Positions 45,821 to 64,000 of a stretch of DNA of 64,000 nt are shown here, in pieces (position 1 is the stretch's first letter; the number at the start of each line of letters is the position of its first letter). Below the pieces are notes generated by a model that was not told where the DNA came from, did not search any database, and worked only from the letters and a program-made list of their open reading frames with translations. The stretch is from the human T2T-CHM13v2.0 reference genome, Homo sapiens, in NCBI RefSeq assembly GCF_009914755.1, contig NC_060943.1, one strand, 5' to 3'. The position numbers and the translations under genes are program-made.

Positions 45821-46630
45821 TGTATAAGTCTGTTTTTACATTGCTACAGACAAATAAATGAACCTGAATAATTTATAAAGAAAAAAGTTTGAATGGTCTC
45901 ATGATTCAGCAGGTTGTAGAGTAAGCATGATTCTGGCATCTGCTCAGCTTTTGAGGAGGCCTCAGAAAACTTACAATCACGGAGAAAGCCAATGGTGGAG
46001 GAAGACATCTTATATAATGGGAGCTGGAGGAAGAGAGCAAGGGTTGCACACTGGTAAACAACCAGATAAAAACTCACTGTTGCTACAACAGCACCAAGGA
46101 GAATGGTGTTAACATATGAGAAACCACCTCCATGATCCAATCACATCCAACCAGGCTCCACCTCCAACTTTGGAGATTACAATTTGACATGAGATTTGGG
46201 TGGGGGTAAAGGTCCAAAAAATTATTATTCTCTCCATCTTCCCTCCCAAATCTCATGCCTTTCTCATATTTAATAATATAAGAATGGCTTCCCAACCATC
46301 TCTAGAGTCTTAACTCATTCCAGCATTAACTCAAAAGCCCAAAATAGCAAGTTTCATCTGAGACAAGGCAAGTTCCTTTCACCTATGAGTCTGTGAATTC
46401 AAAAACAAGTTAGTTACTTTCAAGACACAAGGGAGATCTAGGCATTGGGTAAATACTCCCATTCCAAAGGGAAGAAATAGGCTGAAAGAAATAGGATACA
46501 TGCCCCATGAAAGTCTGAAACCTTGCAGCACAGTCTTTAAAACTTAAAGCTCCAAAATAATCTCCATTGACCCCATATCTCATATTCAGGGCACACTGAT
46601 GTAAGGCTTAGGCTTCCAAGGTTCTGGGCA
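45821..46630 (-). mobile_element. MaLR MST-type LTR plus internal fragment
   Basis: GCTCAGCTT...GAGGCCTCAG...CCATGATCCAATCAC...CATGAGATTTGGG, then THE1/MST-int-like sequence. Confidence 0.75.
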
Positions 46631-46799
46631 TCACAGGAACATTCTAAGAGAGTCACAAAAGAATTTGTAGTGTGGCTTTTGATGCTAAACAGCGTATTAG
46701 ACCAAGTAAGTCACTGAAGAGAAAAAAGTCAGAGGAGAAGATGGGTGAGGGTGACAGAAATGGAATGGTGAAAGGAAAGGTCTGATAAAAATGTTTACC

Positions 46800-47098
46800 G
46801 GCTGGGCATGGTGGCTCACACCTGTAATCCCAGCACTTTGGGAGGCCGAGGCGGGCAGATCACGAGGTCAGGAGTTTGAGACCAGCCTGAGTAACATGGT
46901 GAAACCCCATCTCTACTAAAAATACAAAAATTAGCCGGGCGTGGTGGCATGCACCTGTAATCCCAGCTACTCAGGAGGCTGAAGGCAGGAGAATCACTTG
47001 AACTTGGGATGCGGAGGTTGCAGTGACCTGAGAATGCAGCATTGCACTCCAGCCTGGGTGACAGAGTGAGACTCCATCTCAAAAAAAAAAAAAAAAAA
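46800..47098 (+). mobile_element. AluS, full length
   Basis: Complete dimer with poly-A. Confidence 0.92.
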
Positions 47099-47620
47099 GT
47101 TCACCCAAGGGCTCATCTGGTACCTTGCTCTGTGACTAATATCTTACACTTTTGATTTACTCTTCCACTTTCATTTTCTGATGCTCAAAGGGTCACCCTT
47201 CTGCTGAAGATGAGAAAAGAGGCTGAGGGAGCTCAAATGAGTGGTCTAGAGTCATCCAGCTACTTCATAGAGTTTGTGTGTTTCACCTTGACATTTGCGC
47301 ACAGACAGAAAAGTGAGACATGGAAGGCAAAGCAAGTTTTTGCTGTGGGTGACATTTATGAAAGTTACCTGTGTTTGCAGAATAATGGACTCCTAAAATG
47401 TTTGCACCCTAGCTCCAGAACCTGTGCATTTACTTTTCTTGGTAAAAACACAGTGCAGGGGTGATAAAATTAAAATCTTAAGATGTAGATGTTATTCTAG
47501 ATTATCTGGGTGGGCCCATTGTAATCAGAAGTGTCCTTGTAAGTGACAAAGAAAAGCAGGGGCATCAGTGTGAGAATGATGAGCCTGTGAAACTCCACTG
47601 GCCAATGCTGGGTGTGAGCA

Positions 47621-50095
47621 TGCATCAAAAGACAAAATTACAACTAATGTAGTTATAGATTTTATTTTTCATTTATTATTTGAGGCAGCTCTCACTCTAC
47701 AAATATAGTGACAGCCCTCCCTGGGCTATACAATAACAAAACAGTGGGTTTTGTCAAGTGGGAACCAGTAAACAAAGCCATATAAATAAATAAATTGGTT
47801 AACATTAGGGTACTTCAGGTCTCTTTTCTGTAAAAGTTAAAGCAGAGGAAACTTTTATTATGCTGTCTCAGGTAGAGTGGAATCTCCTGTTTTCAACAAA
47901 AAACAAAGGTCTGTTCTGGTATCTCTTTGCTTCATTAAAACTTCAGTTGTAGACTGTAGCATTTAGCATGAGTCGTTCTATTTTGGAGTCTCTAGGCTCT
48001 CACTTAGGTGAGAGTGTGACCAAAATTTAAAGCATTGGCATTCATCTCAGTAACCATCATTTTGGGCTTCCATCATTTATGAGTTTATGATGTCTTCCTG
48101 ATCACACATTTCTTTGAGTTTTTGTCATTTCAGCCAAAGAGAGACCCTTTGGTATTTGTTGATGGCTGCACACAAAACTTTTTAAAAACTCTTGTAGAAT
48201 TCACCACACCAAAATGTAGAATTTAAAAACCTGTAGAATTTATCACACCAGAGAGGCTACTAGTATGACTATTAGGAGGATAATACCAAAAGTTTGGAGT
48301 ATGCACTTTAGGCAAGATGCAAACCAAGTAAAATAGAATAGATCAAAGAATGAGCCAGAAGAGTCTAGCAATTTTAACCAAGTAGTATGTTTGGTAACTT
48401 CTGTGATTGAGTCATTATGATACTCGATGTATTTGTTTATGTGCAACAATCAGTGTCAGAAACTGCACAGGCTCCTCCCTGTTCAGCTGGTAGGGAACAA
48501 TTTTATTATGTAGCATTCGACGGCTCATTAAATTAAAACAGGGAGTGAGAACAAGTGAGTCTGAAAATGTAACTTTAAAAGGGGCCACTGTACATTTGAA
48601 GAAACAATTGTGTTAAAGATGGTGCTAATGTCAGCCATTGGGTGGACTAAATGATATCTTATGTAAAAATTTGAGGGTGACATGATATATCTGTCACTCT
48701 GTTATGCTACTCTCAGAAGCTACTTCACATGAGATTCTAATGATACCATCATCCTGCCAAATGAAAGAGGCAGGCATAAGCATGGACAAATTAAGAGGGG
48801 TAAGAGCCTGATTTTGATGTGAAGACTTGTTCTGACAACTTGGGAAAAGCTTTTGACAGTATGAAGTTGTCAACTTCTTACCCTGGTTTTCAGTTTGAGT
48901 GTCTGTAGTTATGGTGTCAAACATATTGGTGAGCTCCGAGTGACTCATTCTTCAGGCACGAGGGTTTTCCTGTGAAATTTACATTGAGCTTTCCACCTCC
49001 AACTTATAGGACTTCAGTAACAGAGCAGATTTTGTTCTTACTGATTCAATAAGAAAAAACTGGATGGGAGGAACTAGAAGAATTCAGGGTCTAGTCCAGT
49101 CTACCGGTGAATAATAAAAACTCGAAAACAATGAACAGAGCTGCAATTTCATAGCAGGTATACTACACTTTTTATTTTCAACATTATTTTTCTCTCTATA
49201 GGCATATCTATTTTTACCAAAGAAAATCCCAGTAGGACAAATTTGTTTACAAAGTAGGTTTAGTCTTATCAAACTTTGCCAGGATTCTTTACATAAGCGC
49301 ATCAAGAGTAGCAGTGGACCACAGAGGCTCTTCCTAAAGTTTGGTTCGCTAGTTTTTATAAGTAGTCTCAGATTAAACTTTTACGAACCTCTTGAGATGA
49401 GGAAGCCGAATGAAAGCCATCTTCAGACTTTGCCTGCAGTACATATGTGTCCATTCTATGTATATTCTCAAATATAACATCTTAGTCAAAGCCTTGGTAA
49501 TATAACCAATGTTTTGAAATGTGTCCTTTTGTAAAGAGAAGATTCTTACTAAACTTGTGCAAATAGCTGTATCATCATAATCATATGAATACTCATGAAT
49601 AGTTTCCCAGTCCTGGGACAGTTAGGTAAAGAGCAAAAATCAATGAGCTTCAATTATTGTTTCCAAAAGTATACTTTACCAAATTTCTTTAGATATAACT
49701 AGCTTAAAAGAAGAAAAATTCCATAAATCTGGAAAAAATCATTTAAAGAATCATCAAATTTTCAAATAAAAATTATAAAAACATTATCCACATTATCATT
49801 TATTTCAATGAAAGTATTTTTGTTCTGCTTGGTCTAGGTTGGCACATTTCATGAAGGCATCATCCTGTTTGTTAAAGTTTTGAAAGTCTATAGATGGTCC
49901 AGTGATATAATCTTGAACTGCTCAGAAACTTGTATGCAAGAGTACTTGTCAGTATCTTTTCCATAAATCTTTTGAAATAGAAGCAATTTTGGACTGTAGC
50001 TGATTGCAAATGTTTCAGGAAGAATCAAAACAACTATCTGTGAATGACCAACATGTAAAATGACTATTGCTAAAACTCTGATAAGAGTTTGGTAT
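47621..50095 (-). mobile_element. MER65-like ERV1 3' part: internal region, env-like remnant and 3' LTR (about 47621-48000)
   Basis: Homologous to 1895-3144 and 27200-28650; hydrophobic TM-like ORF 48243..48449; LTR end AAAAGACAAAATTACAAC. Confidence 0.7.
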
Positions 50096-50100
50096 AAGAA

Positions 50101-50187
50101 AGGGAGTAACTCCAGCCAGTACTCTAGTCATGATGCTGACAGTGGCCCCAACTGAGAGACCAAAAGAACTTTCTTATCCTGAAGCAG
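50101..50187 (-). pseudogene. Orphan truncated CEACAM M-exon fragment
   Basis: TTCCATGACAG| then AASG*ESSFGLSVGATVSIMTRVLAGVTP; homologous to 30150-30270. Confidence 0.78.
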
Positions 50188-50252
50188 CTGTCATGGAAAA
50201 AAAAAGAGGAGAAGGAATAAATAATAAAGACAGCAAGGGTTTTAGCCAATTA

Positions 50253-50537
<285 letters not shown>

Positions 50538-51764
50538 CGGTTTCATGCTTTTTATAATAAGAATGAACTCCTTATGTAATAATAAATAAATAAATGAAAT
50601 TATTTGCTTTGGATGTAACAAATGTAGATTTAGATTGTCCAGAGTCAGGAGCTAAGCCTCATATTTTTTTTGTTTTAGCTCAGTGTAGAGTGCATTGAAG
50701 GTGTCCTAAAAATAATTCCATATAGTAAGCCAATTTTAAACCCTGCTCACAGCCAGGTCTGCCAAGTATGAGCCAGGTAAAATTACCAAAATGGGTGGTT
50801 CTGACTGACTCCTTAACAATAACGTGGCTTACAAACAAAGACTGATATGAAATAGTTGATCCAACCCAAACAGTTTGCTCATTTTCCAAAATTTTCTATA
50901 CAAACATATGCAACTTACCACAACATAGAGATCATAATGAAAGGTTTCCCTTTTATTCCTTTAAATGACCATATGTTTAGATCTGATGTACTGACAGCAA
51001 TAATTCTCCATTAAGCAGAAACCTAATAAAATTTGAAAAATAGTGATTTTATCTTTAGATGATACTCAGATCTTCTGCTACATATGTGGAAAATGGAATT
51101 ATTGCTAGAAACATTGTTTAAAGATTAGGGTATGCAAGGAGTATTAGGAAGTCAGGAGGTTCTTTCTTTAGGAAACAGCTTATCTGGATTCATTCAAAGA
51201 GCTTTAGGCGAGTTTGAGGTCTTTCTGCAAAATGTAAATTGCTATCTGAGAAACCATATATAGTCCAATGATGAAAGAATGCAAAGCCTTAGAAGCACAG
51301 GAGACAATTCCAGTATCTTCCCTAAAGTTCTGACAAAAAGGAAAATAACTATCAAATTCTTCAACTCGAATGCTTATTATGTATGTATAAGTCAATCGGC
51401 AGATGAAGAGAGGCTGGAAATATGACTTCTACCCCTAGGGAACTCACAGTCTTGTGGGGGCCACTAGGGGTGGTGGTGTGACCTGCCTGGAGCAGCGCTA
51501 AGTATGGACTTGTGAGTCAAGGGCTATCAAAACCTAAGTAAACTGATTGCTGTTCAGAGAAGGTAGAGTTCCATTCCACAGTTTGCAAGAAGGACTGTTT
51601 TATGGAGGAGGTCATGTTGGACTAGACCTTAAAAAGTTGGTAGAATTTAAAAGCAAGGATATGGAAGCAGGAAGAGTGAAAGTGAGCAGAGGTACAGAAG
51701 TGAGGCAAGGGTGAGCAGTTTTAATTTTTTAATGGTGGTATAAAATACACATCAATATTTGCCA

Positions 51765-52065
51765 TATTATTATTATTATTTTGGAGACAGTGTCTGGCTC
51801 TGTTGCCCAGGCTGGAGTGCAGTAGCTCAATCATGGCTTTCTGTATCCTCCACCTCCTGGGCTCAAGCAATCCTTGTACATCATCCTCCTGAGTAGCTGG
51901 GACCACAAACATATACCACCATGCCCAGCTAATTTTTATATTTTTGGGAGTGACAAGGTCTTCCTATGTTGCCCAGGCTGGTCTCGAACTGCTGGACTCA
52001 AATGATCCTCCTGCCTTAGCCCCAAAGTGCTGGGACTACAGGTATGAGCCACTGCACCTGACCCC
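51765..52065 (-). mobile_element. AluJ within an L1M fragment
   Basis: Diverged reverse Alu with (TTA)n tail. Confidence 0.8.
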
Positions 52066-52069
52066 ATCT

Positions 52070-52920
52070 TAAAAATTTTTAAGTGCACAGTTGAGAAGTA
52101 CATTTGCACTGTGCAACCATCCGCGGCAACCATCTTCAGAGAGTATTTTTCATCGTGTAACAGGGAAAATTCATATCCATGAAACATTAACTCCTCATTC
52201 TTCCTCCTCCCCACCCCAGGTAACCACTATTCCAGTGTCTCTATGATTTTGACTGCTCTAGGGACTTATATAAATGAGATCATACACTGTGTATCTTTTT
52301 GTGACTGGCTTATTTCACTTAGCATAATGTCCTCAAGGTTCATCCATGTTGTAACATATGTGAGAATTTTTTCCTTTTGAAGGCTGAATAATATTTCGTT
52401 GTACGGATGGACCAAATTTTGTTTATCCATTCATCTATCCATGGACACTTGGTTTGCCTTCACATTTTGGCTATTGTAAATAATGCTGCTATAAACATGG
52501 AGGTACCAATATCTGTTTGGGTCTCTGCTTTCAATTATTTTGGGTTTATACCCAGGAGTGGAATGGCCAAGTCATACAGTACCTCTAGTTTTAGTTTTCT
52601 GAGGAACCACCATAATGTTTTTCACAGTGGCTGCACCATCTTAATTCTTATGAATAGTGCACAGGGGTTCCAATTTTTCCACAGTCTCCTTAACACTTAC
52701 TATTTTCTGGGGCTTTTGCTTTGTACTTGAGAGTAGCCATTTAAATTGGCATAAGGTATAATTTCATTGTGGTTTACATTTTCATTTCCTTAATGATTAG
52801 TGATACTGATCAATATTTTCTATGCTTGCTGGCCATTTGTACATCTTCTTTGGAGAAATGTTTATTCAGGTCATCTGCCTATTTTTTTAAATTGGGTTGA
52901 ATTTTTTTTTGCTGTTGTTT
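52070..52920 (-). mobile_element. Old L1M 3' fragment
   Basis: GACTGGCTTATTTCACTTAGCATAATGTCCTCAAGG motif. Confidence 0.7.
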
Positions 52921-53359
52921 AGGTAGAGAAGGCAATCTTTGAATACCAGTGATGTTTCACTAATACTGGGCCATTGATTTCACAAGAAGTTGTATGAGGT
53001 ACTAGAATGTGTGTTTGGTTTCAATCATGGCTGGGGTTGAATGCCTTTTCCAAAATTCAGTGTGAATTTCACCAGAAGCCACAAAGGGTCCAGGAGCAAG
53101 AACATGGTGTGACTGCTCTCTGCTAAAGAATTTCAGCCTGATGACAGTGAGCAGGCTACACATGAGACTGACACAAGAATAGGTGGAGAGGGAGACTTTC
53201 CACTGGAAGAAGGTGATTCTAACATGCAGAATCACCTTCAAGGAGCAAGTAAGCAGAAAAATAGACAATGGCACAGTGGCCAGGCAAGAAGACACTAGGT
53301 CCAGAATCTGAGGTTCAAATCCTAGCTCTGTGAGATAAAAACATGCCTTGGTTTTCCCA

Positions 53360-53796
53360 TGCTACTGAAACACCAGGGGTTGGGTCTAGGTCCCTTTGCT
53401 CACTGCACAGAAAGCCAACCACTGAGACAATGAGCATTGCCAGGGAAGAAGGCTTTATTTGGGTGCTGCAGCCAAGGAGGTGGGAGATCAGTCTTAAATT
53501 CATCTCTCCAGCCGACTCAAATTGGAGGGTTTATATAGCTGGGAAGGGAGGTAGCTACCTGCAGGGAAAACAGCAATTAAGGAGGGGTAAGGAAGCAATC
53601 ATGATAAATGAGGGGTCTGGTGTCTCATTGTCTGATGGTGATTTGGTGAATTTCAGTCTCTTGCCTGAAGGTCTGTTTCCTAACTCAGATGACTGACAAA
53701 TGTTAAGTTTCAAGTTTTAAGACCAGATGGGTCAATTTCTATGTTTATTCAAAAACCCTGTAAATATCAGTTCTATGTGGAACTTGAGCTGGTTTC
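53360..53796 (-). mobile_element. Solo LTR, family uncertain
   Basis: GAAACACCAGGGGTTGGGTCTAGGTCC end and minus-strand AATAAA near 53455. Confidence 0.55.
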
Positions 53797-54356
53797 CCCC
53801 AAGTCATCACAGTTAGGGTTAAATGATGCAATATAAGTAAAACACCAGCAGTTTCTGACACACACACAGAGTGCATGACACAAGTGGTGTGTTGGGACAA
53901 TATAGCTCAGTGAACTCCCTTTGTCTACTCAGTTATATTGAGTGATGAGGCATCTCTGAAGATGCCACTTTGCTACTTCTCCCCTGATAATTTCACCAGA
54001 TCCAGCCATATGAGCACTGCAAGTGGGGACTTAGCTTAAATCATTCCTCGTATTTCCTGTGCAGGCAAATCATTTGGCACCAAAACATGCACAGAAGTCC
54101 AAATCCTGCTGCCAGCTCCACGACTGATGACACAGACAGACTTCAGGATTAGTCCTTTAATCTCTGTCCTCTATTAAATGAAGGTCATCATGCTGCTGCC
54201 TAATGTAAAAGGATTGTGGGGATTTTCATCATTCATTACCGATTATCTTATTCTTTGAAACCCCAAGAAAACTATACAAATTCCAAAGTCTAATAGGTAC
54301 ACAAGGGCTTTATTATGGATGATGAAGTTTCAAAGGATGCTAAACCAAAAAAAAAT

Positions 54357-59954
<5,598 letters not shown>

Positions 59955-60540
59955 CTATAACTTTTTATAAGATACATATGGGTTTACTACTAAATATTCT
60001 TAAAATGAATATAATGCTATAATATTCTTATTTTGAGGTAATATATATATATAGTCTGCAAAAATTAGGTTTCCTGGTGTCATTAACCACTTATGCAATT
60101 ATTTTTCTGAAATGAATACACATGCTGTACATGCAGTTTTGCCTGATATAAGTTTTAAAACAACGTATATTGGAATCTTGGAACTAAAAATGAGAAAATC
60201 AGTGTCCCCTTGATGTCAGTTTCAGTTTCAACTGCACTTGCTATTTTATTTTTAATTGGTTACTTACATTATCTGTACATTGTCACAGTTGATGGTATTT
60301 GTTTTCTTCTCTGTGACCATAGTTTGCACAGATTTAACCATAATGCATCCTTAAAGATTACAAGAAATCTTTTAGACACAGCTCCTCTCAGTTGCTGAGG
60401 ATCGAACCTTTACTTATGTGTTTTCTTCATGAATATATATTTCCTGTGTTGTATGTTTGTACATAGCTATTTGTAGCCTTTGAAGTTTATGGAAGTTTTT
60501 TTGGTTGCATTCTTGGGGTATATTTTCTTTCCCTGATGAC

Positions 60541-60958
60541 TGTTAAGGTTAGGATATTTGACCCTTCCAAAGCTCATGTTGAAATTTAGTCCCCAATATT
60601 GGAGGCTGGGCCTAATACAAGGTGTTTGGGTCATGGGGACAGATCCCTCCCATTGAATAGATTAATGTCCTCTCCTGATGGTGAATGAATTCTTCCTCTA
60701 TTAGTTCCTGCAAGACCTGGTTGTTAAAAGAGCGGGCCACCTCCCCGGTTTCTCTCTTGCTTCCTCTCTCATGTAATCTCTGCACATGCTGGCTTCCCCT
60801 CCTCTACTGCCATGAATGGGAGCAGACTGTGGCCATCACCAGATGAAGATGCCCAATTTTGAACTTTCCAGACACCAGAATCATAAGCCAAATCATCCCT
60901 TTTCCTTTATAAATTATCCAGCCTCAGGTATTCTTTATAGCAACACAAAAGGGACAGG
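60541..60958 (+). mobile_element. MaLR (MST-type) solo LTR
   Basis: CTCATGTTGAAAT...GTGTTTGGGTCATGGGG...GCCTCAGGTATTCTTTATAGCAACAC. Confidence 0.75.
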
Positions 60959-63654
60959 ACTTTTTATATCTTGCCCCACTGTCTTCTAGCATTTCATGTG
61001 TCCCATAAAGAAATCTTAGTCTCCTAGGTTTTTTTTTTTTCTGAATATCCACAGAATTCTTTCCATAACTTCAAATACCAGGAATTTATTGGGGTATTTG
61101 TTAATTATTCAATATAAACACAGCCTTGTAATTCTTGGGCTATTTCTGTCTGCAGATTCAAATTTCACTGTATTTCAGGAATTTCACCTTGAATTGTATC
61201 TTTGAAAATTTGTTTTCATGTTCCATTCATTTTTTAACCCATGCAAGGCATTTAGTGTTATAGATATTTGATCTCTTCCCTACCACTCCCTCCCATCCCC
61301 CTCTTTTTCTCTATCTCTGTCTTCCGTCTTTTACTTTTCGTTCTTTTCCATCTCACATGCTCATTTTTTCTTCTCAAAACCATCCTTCGAATTCCTTCAG
61401 TGGTGTCTCATCTCCCTTTTGCTGCTTCTATCATGACCTTTGATTTTGGTCTCTTTTTGTCTCTCTCTCTCTGAGATTCTGAGGCTCTGCCTATTCCGTT
61501 TTTATTCTCATTTGTTTCTAATTTGTTTCCAAGACTCTGTCTACTCCCTTTTCATTCTCATTTATTACTAATTTATTTCTGAGGCTTTACCCACTCACTT
61601 TTCATTCCCGTCTAACCTAATGTATTATCAGTTCTTCCTTAAAGCCTTATATTGCTTCTTTAAATTCTCATTTCAGAGAAACAATAGTGTCTTTAATTGA
61701 TTCCTTAGAAATAACTTTGTTCATGGTTTTTGGCTGCGTTGTGGTATATAATCTTTCCATTTCTCATCTTTGTAAATCATGTTCTGTTCTTTTTTATTTC
61801 AGCATCATTTTAAAGGCCCCCCACTGGCTCCACCCTTTTTAAGTAGCATTGTTCCTCATCTTTTTGGACTAGAATTTTGGGCAAAGCTCTGGGGAAAGGG
61901 GAAGAAGAAAGTGCCAAACAAACGGGAAGATTGGGTTTCAGTCTGTTATCTCTAGGATGTTTCTCAGCTGGACTTGGCCTGTGGGTTATCTGGTCCAGCA
62001 TAGCAGGATATCTTCCGGGCTCACAAGGAGGCTGTGCATTTTACAGAACATTTTAATGTGATTATTTCACCTTGACTTATCTTCACCAGACAGCTTTGGG
62101 CAAAGACGGCCAGGTAGCTTATATCTTATTGACTCTTCCTTCTATCCTATACCATGATTGAAACATGATGTAGGCTTCCAAAACCAGGCCATGAACCTTG
62201 ATCTTAACTTTCTAAGCATGGGATAGACACATTTCCTTTCAATGTGTGCCACCCATCCACTTTGGATAACTATGAGCTGGGTCCACTCTGCCTGAGTCAC
62301 ACATAGAAAGACACCTTCTCTTGGAGTTCCCAAATACCTCCATCCACTTCTCATACACTTGGTTATCTTCCTGCATCTACTGTTATCCAGTGTTATAGGG
62401 GATCTGTAGCTTCATTCAAGATAACATTTGTTTGTTTCTTCTTCTCTTGTTTGCTTTGGATTGGTTTCATAAAGGAAATGAGACAAAAATATATTTATAC
62501 TACCATTTGAAAAGAAAAGATAAATTCCTTCTTTCAAATTCATTCCTTTTTCTTTCTTTCCAGTGAATCTCATGGGGTGAGGGGAGCACTGAAGGGAATG
62601 TCCAATCTACTCAAGTCCAAAAAGTCACAGGTATAAGGCACAGAAAATTTTACCAGTCTAATGATGGCAGTTTTAATGCTATATAAGGACAGACTATACA
62701 AAAATGCTATTAATGAGGATGAGGAGCTACAGGAACAAACCTGATGAGGAACTGTAATTCTATTAGAGGGATGTATATAGCCATCATTTTTTTCTTTAAT
62801 CCAAAACAATTAGATTGCTTATATACACAGCCACATTCAATTCTAAGGTATTTGATTGAAATGCACCAGAAGATGCAGATATATATATATACTTTTACCT
62901 TAGCTTCCATTTTATTCTTTCCCTCCCATTTTATCAGTGCTATAGAGTACATTTTTCCCACTTGAGCTCAACATGCTGTTGTGCAGAAAGCCTTCTCTTG
63001 GGAGTTCCCAAAATGTTGGCCCAGATGAGTGCAGCAGACATTTGGCCCAGGTGAGCCTAGCAGATATTTACATGAAATATTAGGGAGCATCCATCTGGGC
63101 CATGTGACTTAGGCTGGCGATACACGACAGAGGATTCCAATTTGTTGTATAAATCACCCTTAGAGCCCCCAACAGTGAACACATAGGGGGTTCTTTTCAT
63201 TTTCATGATGTTTAATATAATCTTTAAAAATAATTAAAATTAGGTGAAGTGTGTAGATTTCTGAGAGATTACAGAAAGGCATTAGTTTTGATACCTCTTG
63301 CTTGTAGCATTTGACCGACATAAACAAACTAAAAGGTTTAAAAAGAACAGGGATTCTTCCCAGTGGTATAGGGCAATGGGTAGGGAAAAAAAGTTCAAAA
63401 TTGATAAATAGACCAATATTATTCTCAAAACTCATACCATTGTGATTGGGAAGAAATGAATACATATTACTTAGTCACATCATGTTACCATATACTTATA
63501 TTAACACAACAAAAAGGAAATTATACGAAAAAAAGTCATACATTTAAAGGATGGAAGAAAATCCTAGGTTTACTCAGAGCTCAAGATCCCATTGGGATGA
63601 ATATTGTTCTTTCCTCGGATTGTGCCTTCATTTCATTCATTCACTTATGTATGT

Positions 63655-63975
63655 ATTTATTTATTTAGAGATGGGATCTATTTCTGTATTTATTTATTTA
63701 TTGATTGATTGATGGAGTATTGCTCTGTTGCCCAGGCTGGAGTATAGTGGCACAATCATAGCTCACTGCAGCCTTGAACTCCTGGGCTTAAGTGATGCTC
63801 CTGCATCAGCCTCCTGAGTAGCTGGGACTGCAGGTGTTTGCCACCATGCCCCGCTAATTTTTAAGTTTTTTTTTGTATTGATTGGGTTTCCCTATGTTTC
63901 CCATGCTGGCCTTTAACTTTTCAGCTCAGCGATCTTCTGCCCTGGCCTCCCAAAGTGCTGGGATTACAGGTGTGT
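63655..63975 (-). mobile_element. AluJ
   Basis: Reverse diverged Alu with (TTTA)n tail. Confidence 0.8.
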
Positions 63976-64000
63976 CCCTTCATTTCTAATGAAGGAAGGT

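Noticed and set aside
48243-48449. Env-like TM fragment as a syncytin-like gene
   Set aside because: Only 68 codons, no signal peptide or SU region, surrounding frame decayed

Overview
Human (primate) genomic DNA from the CEA/PSG cluster, consistent with chr19q13.2. The left quarter holds the complete minus-strand PSG8 gene: leader, N, A1, a skipped B1 pseudo-exon, A2 and B2, plus four alternative C-termini, three encoded in an ERV1 internal remnant. Upstream lie a near full-length dead L1PA3-like element and an N-less CEACAM pseudogene (A, B and GPI-signal M exons; probably CEACAMP6) whose 3' flank closely duplicates the PSG8 3' end. Further right are a HUERS-P-like provirus, a third copy of the same ERV fused to an orphan M exon, a 5'-inverted L1PA2-like element and many Alu/MaLR/L1M fragments. 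The main result is that the three paralogous units preserve three stages of losing the GPI-anchor exon (intact, truncated and ERV-fused, deleted), with a readable microhomology breakpoint in PSG8. A template-switch hairpin also rewrote one PSG8 C-terminus. Repeat subfamily names come from remembered consensus sequences and need RepeatMasker/Dfam confirmation; identities were estimated by eye.
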